A DNA stretch of 64,000 nt from the NCBI RefSeq assembly GCF_006345805.1, contig NC_043016.1, positions 14,694,001-14,758,000 on the forward strand, in the 5' to 3' direction. The translations under genes were made by a program, and so were the position numbers. Positions 29,700 to 42,421 of the stretch are shown here, one piece after another (position 1 is the first letter of the stretch; each line of letters opens with the position of its first letter). The notes under the pieces are model-generated. The model saw nothing but the letters and a program-made list of their open reading frames with translations. It did not search any database and was not told the origin of the DNA. Origin of the DNA: Octopus sinensis (taxonomy: Eukaryota).

Positions 29700-30506
29700 T
29701 TAAACAAACACAGTCACATTAAATGATATATTCATGAAAGTATGAAAATGCTTTTGCTTCAAATTACACAATCCTAAATGGATTGGAATGCTTTAATGCT
29801 AAATTATTTTTAATAAAGCTGATTGAAGATGGCTGGTGCATTCACCAATGTTCTAGTACATTTGTGTCATGTTTGGCTTTGCTAGGCTCCAACAGACCTG
29901 ATAACTACTTCAACATAAATGTTTGGCTTAACCAAATGAGCCTAATTAAAGAATTTGCAATTAATGGAACAAAATTAGGACACAAACATTTATTCTCAAT
30001 TAATTACTATTAATGTTAGTCAAACTAGGCTTTAGAACTTTGAGCATGTTATTTTCAAAATTATTGTACATACATATAAGTATGAAAGCATTTTTCTATG
30101 TTCAGAGACATAAGACAATTAAATTCTCTTAAGCAGACATTCATATAATGCACACACTCACACACACATACATCAGATGTACGCACATATACACACACTA
30201 ACTAATGCACAAACATAACAAAGTGAGGCTGAATTGACTTATATTTACCTCATACCTACTTATAAATACATAATTTGTTATCTAAATAAGACCTATATTT
30301 CTCATCTACTTTCGCTGTCTCTCCACTTAATTATCTACCCACACAATGAACAACCCAAATGCTTTTCTGTCAGTCTGACAGGCTCTATCCATTTATGCAT
30401 ACATGGTTATGTGTATGCAAGCACACACACACACATACACATGCACACACATATACATCACACACTCACACACATACACATGTGTATGTTCATATATATG
30501 TATATA

Positions 30507-30700
30507 TCTACTACATATGTGGAAAATTCTGTCTGTGTGTGTGTTTGTTTGTGGAGTTGTTAGCTAACTCCTCCTACATAGTTTTATCAATTTTGATGAA
30601 ACTTGACATGTGAGTAGAACTCATGTCTGGAAACCTTGTGGTATACTTAGATTGTTGAAAAAAAATCGATAATAGAGTCCCTGGAAGGGATCCTTATATA
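30507..30700 (+). mobile_element. Possible Helitron-type 5' end
   Basis: A|TCTACTACATAT..(TGTC/TGTT)n..GCTAACTCCTCCTACA..TCAATTTTGATGAAACTTG is a typical non-autonomous Helitron 5' layout; no 3' end found. Confidence 0.4.
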
Positions 30701-31409
30701 TATCCATGGGAAATAACCCATTCCTTTTCCTAAATTATTTGGTATAAATCAAATTTGAGTATGCTTATTTCTTAGTATTTTTCAATTCAATTCGATTTTT
30801 TGAACTGTTAGAGTTATTTTCACAATTTATCCAGTACAACTGTTAAACAAGTAAATAGTATTTTCCTAAACAATGGATCCACTTATTTCAGTTAGTGACT
30901 TATTCCTGAATATACCAACACTAGCACCCATGAGGATAATATTCTCTGGTAAAGCACAAAAGCCCTTTTCAGAATTATTTACTTAGAATTGTTATTATCT
31001 CATATCTAATTAGCCTGTTATTACATAATTTTAGTATACATACCTTATTAGTATTTCCTCCTAAGTTCTATATACCCTGGGAATGCATTAAAGCCCTTTT
31101 TGGGACTACTTTATCGGGTAACTAATTTCATGTTATTACATAATTGACTTCACAATTTGGGTATTCATCACTTATTGGGAATTCCTAAAAACAAGATTCT
31201 GTGTAAGACAGTTTGGTATTCTCTGTAAATGCACAAAAACCGTTTCAAGGGCTACATACTTCGTATTGTCGTTACTGGATTAGTGAAACAATTATGAGAA
31301 CGGAACCAAGGCATAAGCCCCACTTTCCATGTGTGTGTGTGTGTGTGTGTGTGCACTGGGTGCTTTTTAGTGAATTCACTATGCAGCTTGCAAGTCCACA
31401 ACCTTTGAC

Positions 31410-31690
31410 CCCAGGTTTTGGTTCCATACCTGGAACTTCATTTCCAGTTCTGCTACAGATTTTGCTATATGAGCAAGGTCATCAACATATGGTAGTCTTA
31501 AATTCCTCTGTTATGGCCTGGAGGACTATGATGAATAAGAGGGGACTGAGAACTGAACCCTGGTGAACTCATACACTTAATTCATCTTTGTACACATGGC
31601 TGACTCTCAACCACCTGATAGCACCCCTATATATGGCTTGTGTAACCTAGCAAATACACTAAAGTTGCAGTTGTGGATAAGACACTCTGT
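31410..31690 (-). mobile_element. RTE RT fragment
   Basis: Minus frame VHQGSVLSPLLFIIVLQAITEEFK (RT motif B'). Confidence 0.8.
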
Positions 31691-31739
31691 CAGGTAACAA
31701 GCTCTTCTCAGTATGTAGGAATGGTATTGGATGGAATTC

Positions 31740-32478
31740 AATTTGTTGCACTCAGGATCTGAATTGATCCTAAGGCCCTGTTCAGGGATGTGGGGCGGCA
31801 TGATGTCACTCTCACTGGGGACACATGCAAAGACCCTCACAGTTTGAGGGATCTTGGTTCTCATGACGTGTGGGACATCACATGGATTGCAAGTTGTTCT
31901 GGGTGTTGTGCAACTGATCCCAGCAGAAGTTCTTTCCATCTGAGAAGAACCAGATTATCCTTGGATCAACAGAGATGCCTTAGTTTGTTCAGGAGCTTCC
32001 TTGCCTTTGTCAAACAGTTCTCATTTGATTTTGCTATCAAAATTTATTCCTTGCACTTCTTGTATGAGTGGTGGTGAAGGTCCTCATTCAGGGTCAGCTT
32101 CATGATGGCAACTCCAGTACCCATCTCCCACACTAAAGCCCCAAATTCCCTTGCTCAGATTTTCCATCACCTTGTCCGGCAGTTGTCGGATGAATTCCGG
32201 AGTGCAGATGCAGTCAGAATGCCTCCTGTGTCTCTTCCTGTTGGCCACAGCTTCATAGTCTCCACTGCAATTGTCCATGTCAGCCTTTACAGTGTTCACA
32301 GCTCATTGAGCAGCAGTCATGATGTCAGCATTTTGATACTCAGAGCGAATCCTTGTGATACAGGAAACTCTGTTCCAATATTCGGATGGCTTCCAGTCCG
32401 CTCTCCTCCACTTCAATACATCAAGCTGTTTTGGAAAAAGGAAACAATAAAATCATTAAATTTTGCCCAAACACCCTG
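31740..32478 (-). mobile_element. DD37D/maT-type mariner, second subfamily, 5' part with TIR
   Basis: RKRHRRHSDCICTPEFI; VPHVMRTKIPQTVRVFACVPSESDIMPPHIPEQGLRINSD; TIR TA|CAGGGTGTTTGGGCAAAATT. Confidence 0.85.
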
Positions 32479-32847
32479 TATATACTTGTGTGTGTGTATG
32501 TATGTGTGTGTGTGTGTGTGTGCATGCATGTGTCTGTATGTGTACATGTGCATACACACATGTGTGTTTGTGCATATGTGCATGCATAGTTTGTGTGTGT
32601 GTGCATACATGTGTGCATATTCATTAGCATCAAGATGTCTGCTTTTGTCTTTTTGAATTTTTTTCTTCCATATTGGACTGGAAATGTCTACACCATGTCT
32701 GCAAGTCCCGATTTGTCTCAATCCTCTGCCATTAAATCTAATCCTATTGACTAGGGTTAATACCCTAATAGCAACCTTCAGCCCTTCTGTACTTTCCACT
32801 ATCAATACACCCCAGTTCTTCACCAGGTTACTGTCCATAACCTTTCA

Positions 32848-32978
32848 GCTATTAAACTGTTAATTTATTAAACTGTTAATCTATTAAACTGTTATTCTAT
32901 TAAACTGTTAATCTATTAAACTGTTAATCTATTAAACTGTTATTCTATTAAACTGTTAATCTATTAAACTGTTATTCT
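32848..32978. repeat. 16-bp tandem repeat (CTATTAAACTGTTAWT), about 8 copies
   Basis: Direct reading. Confidence 0.95.
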
Positions 32979-33367
32979 CTCATACATTGACTTGCATCTG
33001 CAATCTGTTCTTTTATTATCTCTTTGCACAAGTCTCCCCCCCCCCATCAACATTTAATTTCCTTTTTTTTTTTCACAACACTTCCTTTTACATGATCTAA
33101 AAAGGAAGCCTGCATGTGGCTGTCTGACCTGCTAGATATGGCAGCTGAATCTCCCTGAAATTGTGATTACAGCTGGTTCTATTGGACTTATCTGTAACAT
33201 ACAATGTTCCAATCAAGAATTAAGTGACGGAAGAATACATATACAGGAATCCCTAATGACATCATGGTTCCAGGTTCAGGGTCACTGAGTGTGTCAAGTG
33301 TCTTCTACTGTAGCCTCCAGCCGACCAAAGTATTATGAGTGGATTTTAGTAGGTAAAACTGGTGATG

Positions 33368-33790
33368 TTCCTAAAAAGGGACAGATAGAATGAACCTAAA
33401 AAGAGATAGAAAAAGCCTAGAAAGGGACAGATAGAATGATTCTAAAAAAGGGACAAATAGAATAAGGTTAGAAAAGGACAGATAGAATAAGCCTAAAAAG
33501 GGAATGAGAATAAGCCTAGAAAGGGACATACAGAATAAAGCTAAAAAGGGACAGATAGAATAAGCCTAAAAAGGGACACTTAGAATAAGCCTTAAAAGGA
33601 ACAGATAGAATAATCCAAAAAAGGGACAGATAGAAAAAGCCTAGAAAGGGACAGATAGAATGAGCCTAGAAAGGGACAGATAGAAAAAGCCTAGAAAGGG
33701 ACTGATAGAATAAGCCTAGAAGGGGACAGATAAGCCTAAATAGGGACAGATAGAATAAGCCTAGAAAGGGACAAATAGACTAGCTTAAAA
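33368..33790 (+). repeat. ~25-bp minisatellite (CCTAGAAAGGGACAGATAGAATAAG), about 17 copies, inside a SINE A copy (33255-33905)
   Basis: Direct reading; SINE head upstream and SINE tail (AGCATGTCCACAGTCTAATGGCTGAAACAAG) downstream. Confidence 0.92.
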
Positions 33791-34577
33791 AAAAAGTATT
33801 AAAGTTGTATTATTTGATTAAAAACTTCTTCAATGTGGTGTCCCCCACCCCCATCTTCTGTAGCATGTCCACAGTCTAATGGCTGAAACAAGTAGAAGAT
33901 AAAAGAAATAGATGTGATATTTGAAGAGAAATGTAGTCGAGCGTCAGACCAGCCCTTGTGGTTTGCTTATTAGTAAAACTCAGCATTTCCACCAGCTGTA
34001 CTTTCGGTATTGATTCCAGATAAAAAATGCAAGGCTATGGTTTTGAGATAAATTTAAATGTGTCACTGGTTGAAATATGTCTGAGAGATATTTTTATGTT
34101 CTGTTAGCATAGAAATAAGAAAGTAGTTTTGTATCTTAGCTTCAAATAATATAAACAGATTAGAGGAAATTGAGATGGTTGTAACCTAGTTTTTGACAGA
34201 AAAACACATTAACAGACACGAACAGATTTTAGCCCTTGGCCTATTAGCCAAAGGTCAAAGCTAACTCCACCACGATAATCACTACAGCATATCAAATGTA
34301 TGGCAACTGCAGCAAGTATTAAAGTATTTATGGTTTCTGGTTTGACCAGCTGCCACAGGCTGTTGTCAGTACAAACGCACATTGATACAAATAGAAAAAC
34401 TATAGATTTTTGTCTATCAAGAAGATCGTTTTAAGCACTTTTCTTAATATTTCATCTGAATCAACAGTGACCCAGTCTAAGTCTTGTAAGTAATAAATTT
34501 AAGTTTTTCTTGATTTCAGTTCTCTCAGCCACTTCAATACCTTTATTTCACCTTCTATCATGGACTTTCAAATGACT

Positions 34578-35062
34578 GTCATCATCATCATCATCATCAT
34601 TCAATGTCTGTTTTACCATGCTGGCATGGGTTGGACGATTTGACAGGAGCTGTCCAGGCTCCATGCCTATTTTTGTATGGTTTCTATGGCTGGATGCCCT
34701 TTCAAATGCCAACCACTTTACAGAGTGGCACTGGGTGGTTTTTATGTGCCACTGGCACAGGTGCTTTTTATGTGGCACCAACATTTACAATCCCACAAGA
34801 TTAGGATCACCCAGCTGAGGAGGGATGCAGGGAACAAGCCTTATGCAAGGGCAACTGTGGTTTTACTTAGCTTGATGTGTCTTCTCAAGCACAGTAAACC
34901 GCCGTATTTCTCGGTCCCTTGTCAACCCCTCTATGAGTCCCAACATCTGTAGATCCTTTCTCACCACTTCATCTGTCACTTATTCCCGGGTCTACCCCTT
35001 ACATATGTTCCCTCTACAATTAGAGATCAGCACCTCTTGACGCAACTATCTTCATTCATACA
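34578..35062 (-). mobile_element. RTE 3' end with (CAT)n tail
   Basis: Tail, CTATGGCTGGATGCCC motif, and RGRPG..EVVRKDL remnant on the minus strand at 34940-35010. Confidence 0.75.
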
Positions 35063-35681
35063 GTATATCAAAAAATATGGTTTGCTCTTTTCAATAGCAG
35101 TTGATGCTTCAAAGAGAAGCGCAATAAAGAATTTCCCAATACTTCAGAGATGCTTTCATTTTAAGAAGGAAGTTCCACATGTGATGTGCCACATGGGATG
35201 TGCCACATGGGATGTGCCACTCGATTTTTACAATAGTGAATCATAAGAGAAAACTACTAATGAAACTGGCGATTTCGGGTCTGGATATGAATAAAGTGTT
35301 TTCTGGATAGGCACAACATTATTTATCAAAAAGTGAAAATGGCTCAAATAAAAAAGAGGTTGATTTGATTGTTAAGAACATGATAGTATTAAAAACCTTC
35401 TGACTATAGACTTTTTCCTACAGTTATTAAATTTCAATACTATCATGTTCTTAACAATCAAATCAATTTCTCTGTCTGTATATCTATCCTCTTTATAATG
35501 TTGGCAAACGAACTGGAAATAAGTATATGTATTGTCCGTTTGATGGAGGATATCTATAAATGGCTGAAGATTGCTCAACATTTTAAAACTGATGCAATAC
35601 TTACAATGTTTAATAAAATGAAGTAACATGAAACGATCATACCAAATTACCAAAGATATACTCGTTGCTTATTTTGAGTAG

Positions 35682-35717
<36 letters not shown>

Positions 35718-35723
35718 CACATA

Positions 35724-36538
35724 TAGGGTGCAATGGGTAAATTGTCAACATTTTACATTTTTAATTTCAAACATGCACATTGTTTGTCTTTGATTTTGTC
35801 AACTACATAGTATAGTAGGGTCAGTTGGGCACTGTCTGTGAGAAAAACAGCATCATGACGCAATTCACTATTCACTCTGGAAGTTCCAATATGAACATTT
35901 CAGAGTATCTGGGTATCAGTCTGAGGACATACACCAAGAGTGATAAAAATCAAACAGTTAACATCATGGTGTTTGGGGTGATCACAAGTGATGGCGACCT
36001 TATGCCTTCATTTCTCTTCCCATACGGCGTCACACTCAGCACAGAAGCTTACATCAAGTGCCTGGAGGAGGTAGTACTGCTCTGGGTCAAGAGGGTGGCT
36101 GTTGGAAGATGCTATGTCTAGCAACAGGGCTCTGCACCATGCCACACAAGCAGGAGAACCCAGTCATGGCTGTCAGATAATTTCTGTGACCACATCACCC
36201 CTAAATTCTGGCCACCTAACTCCTCAGACTGCAACACCCTTGCTTATTATGTTCAGTGACAGAGCAACAAAACTCCTTGTAACATCAAAGATGAACTGAA
36301 GGCAAGGATTATGGCAGCATTCACCAACTTAAACAAGGAGACTCTCCAGATGAGTTGCAGGAGATTCCGAAGTCGTCTGGAGGCCATGGTTAAAGCCAAT
36401 GGCGATTTTATTGAATAAATTAACTGTTTAGTATTTCAAGATATTTTAATGTAATTTTGGTAAATATATCTGTTAAAATAAGATGTCAATGTAATTTTCA
36501 TTTTTGCATCGTATAGACAATTTATTCACTGCACCCTG
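35724..36538 (+). mobile_element. DD37D/maT mariner deletion derivative with both TIRs
   Basis: TA|TAGGGTGCAATGGGTAAATTGTC ... GACAATTTATTCACTGCACCCTG|TA; IMVFGVITSDGDLMP..AYIKCLEEVVL; WPPNSSDCN; same family as 15985-16732. Confidence 0.92.
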
Positions 36539-36959
36539 TATATCTATCTATCTATCAATATATATATATTGATAGATAGATACATACATAGATATAGATA
36601 GATAGATATATGTAATAACTATATCATAAAGACCTATGTGGTTCAATTCTCCATAATTTATCAGCCTTCGGGTATGTTTATATACTAGACAGTAAATATC
36701 TATACATTAAATTTGGCTGAAATTGCTGGGTGGGCTATATAGACGAATGGAATGTATATGGAGCCATGAAAGTATTTATGTCATGTTGGGACCCCACTGG
36801 TTCAGCCCATCATTTTTCAGTTATTTGTTTAGATTATATCACACTAATTGGAGTCTATATTATTATAATAATATATAATTGTAGTTATTATTGTATAAAG
36901 ACCTATGGGGTTGCTCTTCCTGTACTTTATCAGCTTTCGAGTTTGTTTGCAAATTTATA

Positions 36960-37222
36960 TATCATCATCATCATCTCATCATCATCGTTTAACGTCCGTT
37001 TTCCATGCTAGCATGGGTTGGGCGGTTTGACCGGGGTTCTGGGAAGCCAGAAGGCTGCACCAGGCTCCAGTCTAATCTGGCAATGTTTCTACAGCTGGAT
37101 GCCCTTCCTAACGCCAACCACTCCGTGAGTGTAGTGGTTTTTCTTTACGTGCCACCGGCACAGAGGCCATAGGAGACTGGCAAACGGCTACGATTGGTTG
37201 GTTCTCTTTACGTGTCACCGAC
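36960..37222 (-). mobile_element. Non-autonomous RTE-related element
   Basis: (CAT)n-GTTTAACGTCCGTTTTCCATGCTAGCATGGG..CTACAGCTGGATGCCCTTCCTAACGCCAACCAC. Confidence 0.8.
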
Positions 37223-37247
37223 ATATATATATATATATTTATATATA

Positions 37248-37418
37248 GGCACAGGAGTCAGGAGTGGCTGTGTGGTAAGTAGCTTGCTTACCAGCCACAT
37301 GGTTCTGGATTCAGTCCCACTCACATGGCACCTTGGACAAGTGTCTTCTACTATAGCCTCAGGCCGACCAAAGCCTTGTGAGTGGATTTGGTAGAGAGAA
37401 ACTGAAAGAAGCCTGGTG
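37248..37418 (+). mobile_element. SINE family A 5' half (3' half at 38945-39025)
   Basis: Head through GAAAGAAGCCTG; the body resumes as TTTGTCCCCCAACCATCGCTTG..GTAACTTAGC after ~1.5 kb of insertions. Confidence 0.85.
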
Positions 37419-37426
37419 TATATATA

Positions 37427-37801
37427 TCTTTATATATAAAAGTGAAGTTGTGTGTCTGTCTCCTACGATTTAGATTCCTAACTACTCCCACATTTTGCGG
37501 TGCAGTTTAACCAAAACCGGGTATCTTATAGTCGTGATTCATATCGAGCCCTTCTGGGTATTAGCGCGCGTCTCTTGCCAACCATCATTTTTTTCCATTT
37601 TAATGCATTTTTTCGCTATTAAATAAGGGAAGTAACTCTCTAAAAATGTCTACGATGAGTCAACGATTTAAAAAAAAATTTACCATCATTTTTTTTCCAT
37701 TTTTAATGCATTTTTTTGCTATTTTTTGGCTATAACTCTCTAAAAATGCTTATATATTTATTTCCCTTACAAACCCGAGCAACGCTGGGCGATACTGCTA
37801 G
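37427..37801 (+). mobile_element. Non-autonomous Helitron
   Basis: A|TC 5' end, 3' hairpin CCCGAGCAACGCTGGG, CTAG|T end, no TSD, internal duplication; near-identical copy at 39564. Confidence 0.9.
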
Positions 37802-37815
37802 TATATATATATATG

Positions 37816-37867
<52 letters not shown>

Positions 37868-37869
37868 AT

Positions 37870-38189
37870 ACAAGATAAGAAAATGGAGAAATACATCTAA
37901 ATCAAATATCAATTACCAGATAATACTCAATCACATACTTTATTAAACCACCACATAAGAGACTGTAGGGTTAAACATAAAAAAGCAGAACAAATCAGTG
38001 TACATAAAGCAATGTACATAAAAAAGTGTACATAAAAAGTAATGTTGTATAATATTCTACTTATTATACAACATTACTCTTTTATTACACTTTTTTATGT
38101 ACATTCCTTTATGTACACTGATTTGTTCTGCTTTTTATATCTGGTAATTAATATTTGATTTAGATGTATTTCTCCATTTTCTTATCTTG

Positions 38190-38224
<35 letters not shown>

Positions 38225-38543
38225 CAAGATAAGAAAATGGAGAAATAATCTAAATCAATATCAATTACCAGATAATACTCAATCACATACTTTATTAAAC
38301 CACCACATAAGAGACTGTAGGGTTAAACATAAAAAAGCAGAACAAATCAGTGTACATAAAGCAATGTACATAAAAAAGTGTACATAAAAGAGTAATGTTG
38401 TATAATATTCTACTTATTATACAACATTACTCTTTTATTACACTTTTTTATGTACATTCCTTTATGTACACTGATTTGTTCTGCTTTTTATATCTGGTAA
38501 TTAATATTTGATTTAGATGTATTTCTCCATTTTCTTATCTTGT
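37870..38543. repeat. Two tandem ~320-bp foldback (palindromic) units in (TA)n
   Basis: Each unit starts ACAAGATAAGAAAATGGAGAAATA and ends TATTTCTCCATTTTCTTATCTTGT; central hairpin GTAATGTTGTATAATA..TATTATACAACATTAC. Confidence 0.95.
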
Positions 38544-38882
38544 ATATATATATATATATATATTATATACACATACATATATATATATGTATCATCATGA
38601 TTTGATTAACGTCCATTTTCCATGCTGGCAAGGGTTGGACAGTTTGACTGAGGTCTGGAGAGCCAACGGCAGCACCAGACTCTAATCTGGTCAGGCAGAG
38701 AGTTTTTACAGCTGGTTGCCCTTCTTAACGTTAACCACTCTGAGAGTGTAGTGGGTGCTTTTTACATACCACTGGCACAAGTGCCAGTAAGACGGGCTAG
38801 GCAACGATCACATTTAGGTGGGGCATTTTATGTGCCACCGGCGTAAGAGCCACTCACAGGATACTGCCGTTGATTGGTGCTT

Positions 38883-38935
<53 letters not shown>

Positions 38936-39563
38936 ATTAGTGCGTCTATATTTGTCCCCCAACCATCGCTTGGGAACCAATGTTGGTGTGTTTATGTCCC
39001 TGTAACTTAGCAATTCGGTGAGAGAGGTGATTGTTGGAGTTGCTACCATGATGCTGGCCCTGAATGTTATCTAACTATCTGTGAAATCTATGGTTCCTTT
39101 TACAAACCTGAAGAAGGTGAATGCTTATATCTTTTCTGTTCTATACAGCAATGGTCACACTTAGTGAATTTTTTTCAATGGTGAACTGAGTCAGGGAATC
39201 AAATAAAGCTGTCTGCAAGTGAACTCATTCAAAGCAGTGTTTCAAATATGTACCAACTTTTCAGAAGAGGGCCTAGCAATGGTAAATAAAGGGCAGACAT
39301 ATCCATAAATAAAAAGCGATAGCATGTAATTTCAAACCAGACTCAATGACCAGAGTTAAAAGAAAATATTCAGAATAATGAATAACTGAGTGGGAGAAAT
39401 CACTGATTAATGATTGAATGGCTTGGTTTTTGCTGGATTAAAATAAGCATAAATAGCAAGTTTGAATTTCCATATAATATAAAATAAATAAAGCTAAAGT
39501 GATTATTTATTGTTTTTCTGATATGTTCAAATTGTATAAAATGGAAAAATTAAAATCTTTATA

Positions 39564-39950
39564 TCTTTATATATAAAAGTGAGGTTGTGTGCTGTCTGTT
39601 CCTACGATTTAGATTCCTAACTACTCCCACATTTTGCGGTACAGTTTAACCAAAACCGGGTATCTTATAGTCGTGATTCATATCGAGCCCTTCTGAGTAT
39701 TAGCGCGTGTCTACGATTTAAAAAAAATTTACCATTATTTTTTTCCATTTTAATGCATTTTTTCGCTATTATATAAGGGAAGTAACTCTCTAAAATGTCT
39801 ACGATGAGTCAACGATTTAAAAAAAATTTACCATCATTTTTTTTTCCCATTTTTAATGCATTTTTTGCTATTTCTTGGCTATAACTCTCTAAAAATGCTT
39901 ATATAGTTATTTCCCTTACAAACCCGAGCAACGCCGGGCGATACTGCTAG
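39564..39950 (+). mobile_element. Non-autonomous Helitron, second copy
   Basis: A|TCTTTATATATAAAAG...CCCGAGCAACGCCGGGCGATACTGCTAG|T. Confidence 0.9.
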
Positions 39951-40480
39951 TGTGATATAAACGAGTGTGTGTGTTGTGTGTGCATTTGGTAACCTATGAT
40001 TACATATGCAATATCCTCCACTTCAGGACTACCATGTGTGCCACAACCTTATTTTCTGTAATCTGAAAACAGCCACACTAATTTGAAGATAAAACAGAAA
40101 CAAGATATAGAATTTAGGGGACCTGTTTGGTGAGGCTGTCAATCAATGGTAATTTTGATGTTTTGTTGGATGGACCTTTAAGGAAGTTGGTACATGTCAT
40201 AAGACTTGTCAGTGTCAACTTTTAGCCTGTGATCTTCAAATATTGTGACCCCCCAAGAGTCTCTTATATGTAGGTGAGTTCAGTCATGGTTAAGTACATA
40301 ATTGCCATCTGCAGGTCTGAAATGGTGCTTGACAGTGTTTTAAACTTCAACAAGAAATATATGAGGCTGAGTCAGAAAGCAATGCAGTTTTTATCATAAG
40401 AGTCATTTTTTTTTTTTAATGAAAATATTTGATTAGAAAATTACTATTTCTAAATCAAACAACATGAGATATTCAACATC

Positions 40481-40482
<2 letters not shown>

Positions 40483-40512
<30 letters not shown>

Positions 40513-41160
40513 CTTTTTTTTTTCTTCTTTCAAATTTGCTTCCATTTCTTGCCGTGTGTCTTCCCGACTCCTAGGGCAAAGAAACTGATAGTATACATTG
40601 GTAGGCCATTAAACTAAACTCACTAGTTCGTTCATTTTTTTTTTTAAAGTTAAATTAAAATACATGGGTAGTAATAGTTCTCACATCGACAATGCTCTTC
40701 TCAATACGTGTGATGTACCAGTTAAGACAATCTTTTGCACTTCTTGCAGGGATGGTAAGCCAGGGATCATTCTCATATAATTTTCGGTTCCCTTCTAGAT
40801 CATTCCTAGTGCTCCTACGATCACTGGTATTGTAACCGCCTTGAGATGCCACATTTTCTCAATTTCAATGAGCAGGTCTTTATATTTTCTGAGCTTGTCA
40901 AACTCTTTCGTCGAGATATTATGATCACAGGGGATGCTCATGTCGATCAATAAGCAAACTTTATTGTTTTGGTCTTTCACAACAATATCTGGTTTATTGG
41001 CTTTGATGGTTCGGTCTGTATGTACTGGAAAGTCCCACAGAATGGTTACATTTTCTCCTTCAGTTTCAGCTTCAGGGTGGTGATTATATCACTTGTCGGC
41101 AGTTTTGATATTGTAATGCCGACTTATTAGCCAGTGTAGATATTGGCCAACTCTGTCGTG
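40483..41160 (-). mobile_element. R4/Dong-clade non-LTR element, 5'-truncated (restriction-like endonuclease)
   Basis: HDRVGQYLHW..ILWDFPVHTDRTIKANKPDIVV..CLLIDMSIP..KLRKYKDL..IPVIVGALG; (TAA)n tail. Confidence 0.9.
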
Positions 41161-41193
41161 TTATTATAATAATAATAATAATAATAATAATGA

Positions 41194-41248
<55 letters not shown>

Positions 41249-41250
<2 letters not shown>

Positions 41251-42373
41251 GTAACAAAACAGGCAAAGGAATATCTAAGTGAATTCCAAATACAACAAAT
41301 TTCGGAATTAGAGATAGGCATACAAGAAAAAAGCACAGAAAAAGCTAAATCTGCGGCCTTAGATATTCTGAATGATAAATGGCAAGAAAAACCTCTCTAT
41401 GGCAAATACCCAAAGAGAGCGAATAATGCAGATGTTGACAAAGCCCTGATCCATCAATGGCTAATGGCCTCTGGCTTAAAATCTGAAACAGAAGGGTTTA
41501 TCATATCAGCTCAAGATCAATGCCTACCAACAAGAAACTACCAGGCCAACATATTAAAGAACGACAGTTGCCCAACATGTCATGTATGCCAGTAACAAAA
41601 TGAAACCATTGATTATATGGTCTCCAAGTGCAGTCTTCTAGCGCCTACAGAGTATCTCAACAGGCATGATAGAGCTGCACAATATATTCACTGGGTAATC
41701 TGCAAAAACCTGGATTTGCCCCATGAAAAAAACTGGTGGAAACACAAACCACCCCAGTGCTTGAAAATGACCACATCTCACTCCTCTGGTACTTCACCAT
41801 TCAAACTGACAGAAAGATAGATGCAAATAGGCCAGACATCATATTGAAAGACTTCAAGCAAAGAACATGCCTCCTCATTGATATGAATGTCCCAATCGAT
41901 ATAAACGTATCTGTCAAGACCTACCAAAAACTGAGCAAATATAAGTATCTTGAAATAGAAATCAGCGAAATGTGGAACCTGAAGACTAAAACAATACCTG
42001 TTGTCATAGGTGCCCTGGGAATGATAGCAAAAGGGGCTGATTGCTACCTAACTCAGATACCAGGAAACCCCAAAATGGCAGAAATTCAAAAGATAGTACT
42101 CATGGGAACTGCTCATATCCTACGCAAAATACTTTCTATGTAATCTCAAGTTTTAAAACAAACATTTTTTTATTATTATTTTTTTAAAATATTTTTTTAA
42201 TTTTTTATTTTTTAGACATCCACTAGTACAACACAAAAAACAACCAATATATGGCACACTAGGCATAACAACAACGTGAACTTCCAACCTGTTGTCTCTT
42301 GAGGTCTCCGGGTGAGACTTGAAGCCAACTTGTACAAATATAAAGCAAAAGTCAACTTATAATAATAATAATA

Positions 42374-42421
<48 letters not shown>

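Noticed and set aside
33368-33790. CRISPR-like regular array
   Set aside because: Units are head-to-tail with no unique spacers, there are no cas genes, and the context is a eukaryotic SINE.
36620-36960. Repeated AAGACCTATG..TTTATCAGC.TTCG segments (also ~1037) as a ribozyme
   Set aside because: Real repeat fragments, but no complete ribozyme core or coding motif could be assigned.
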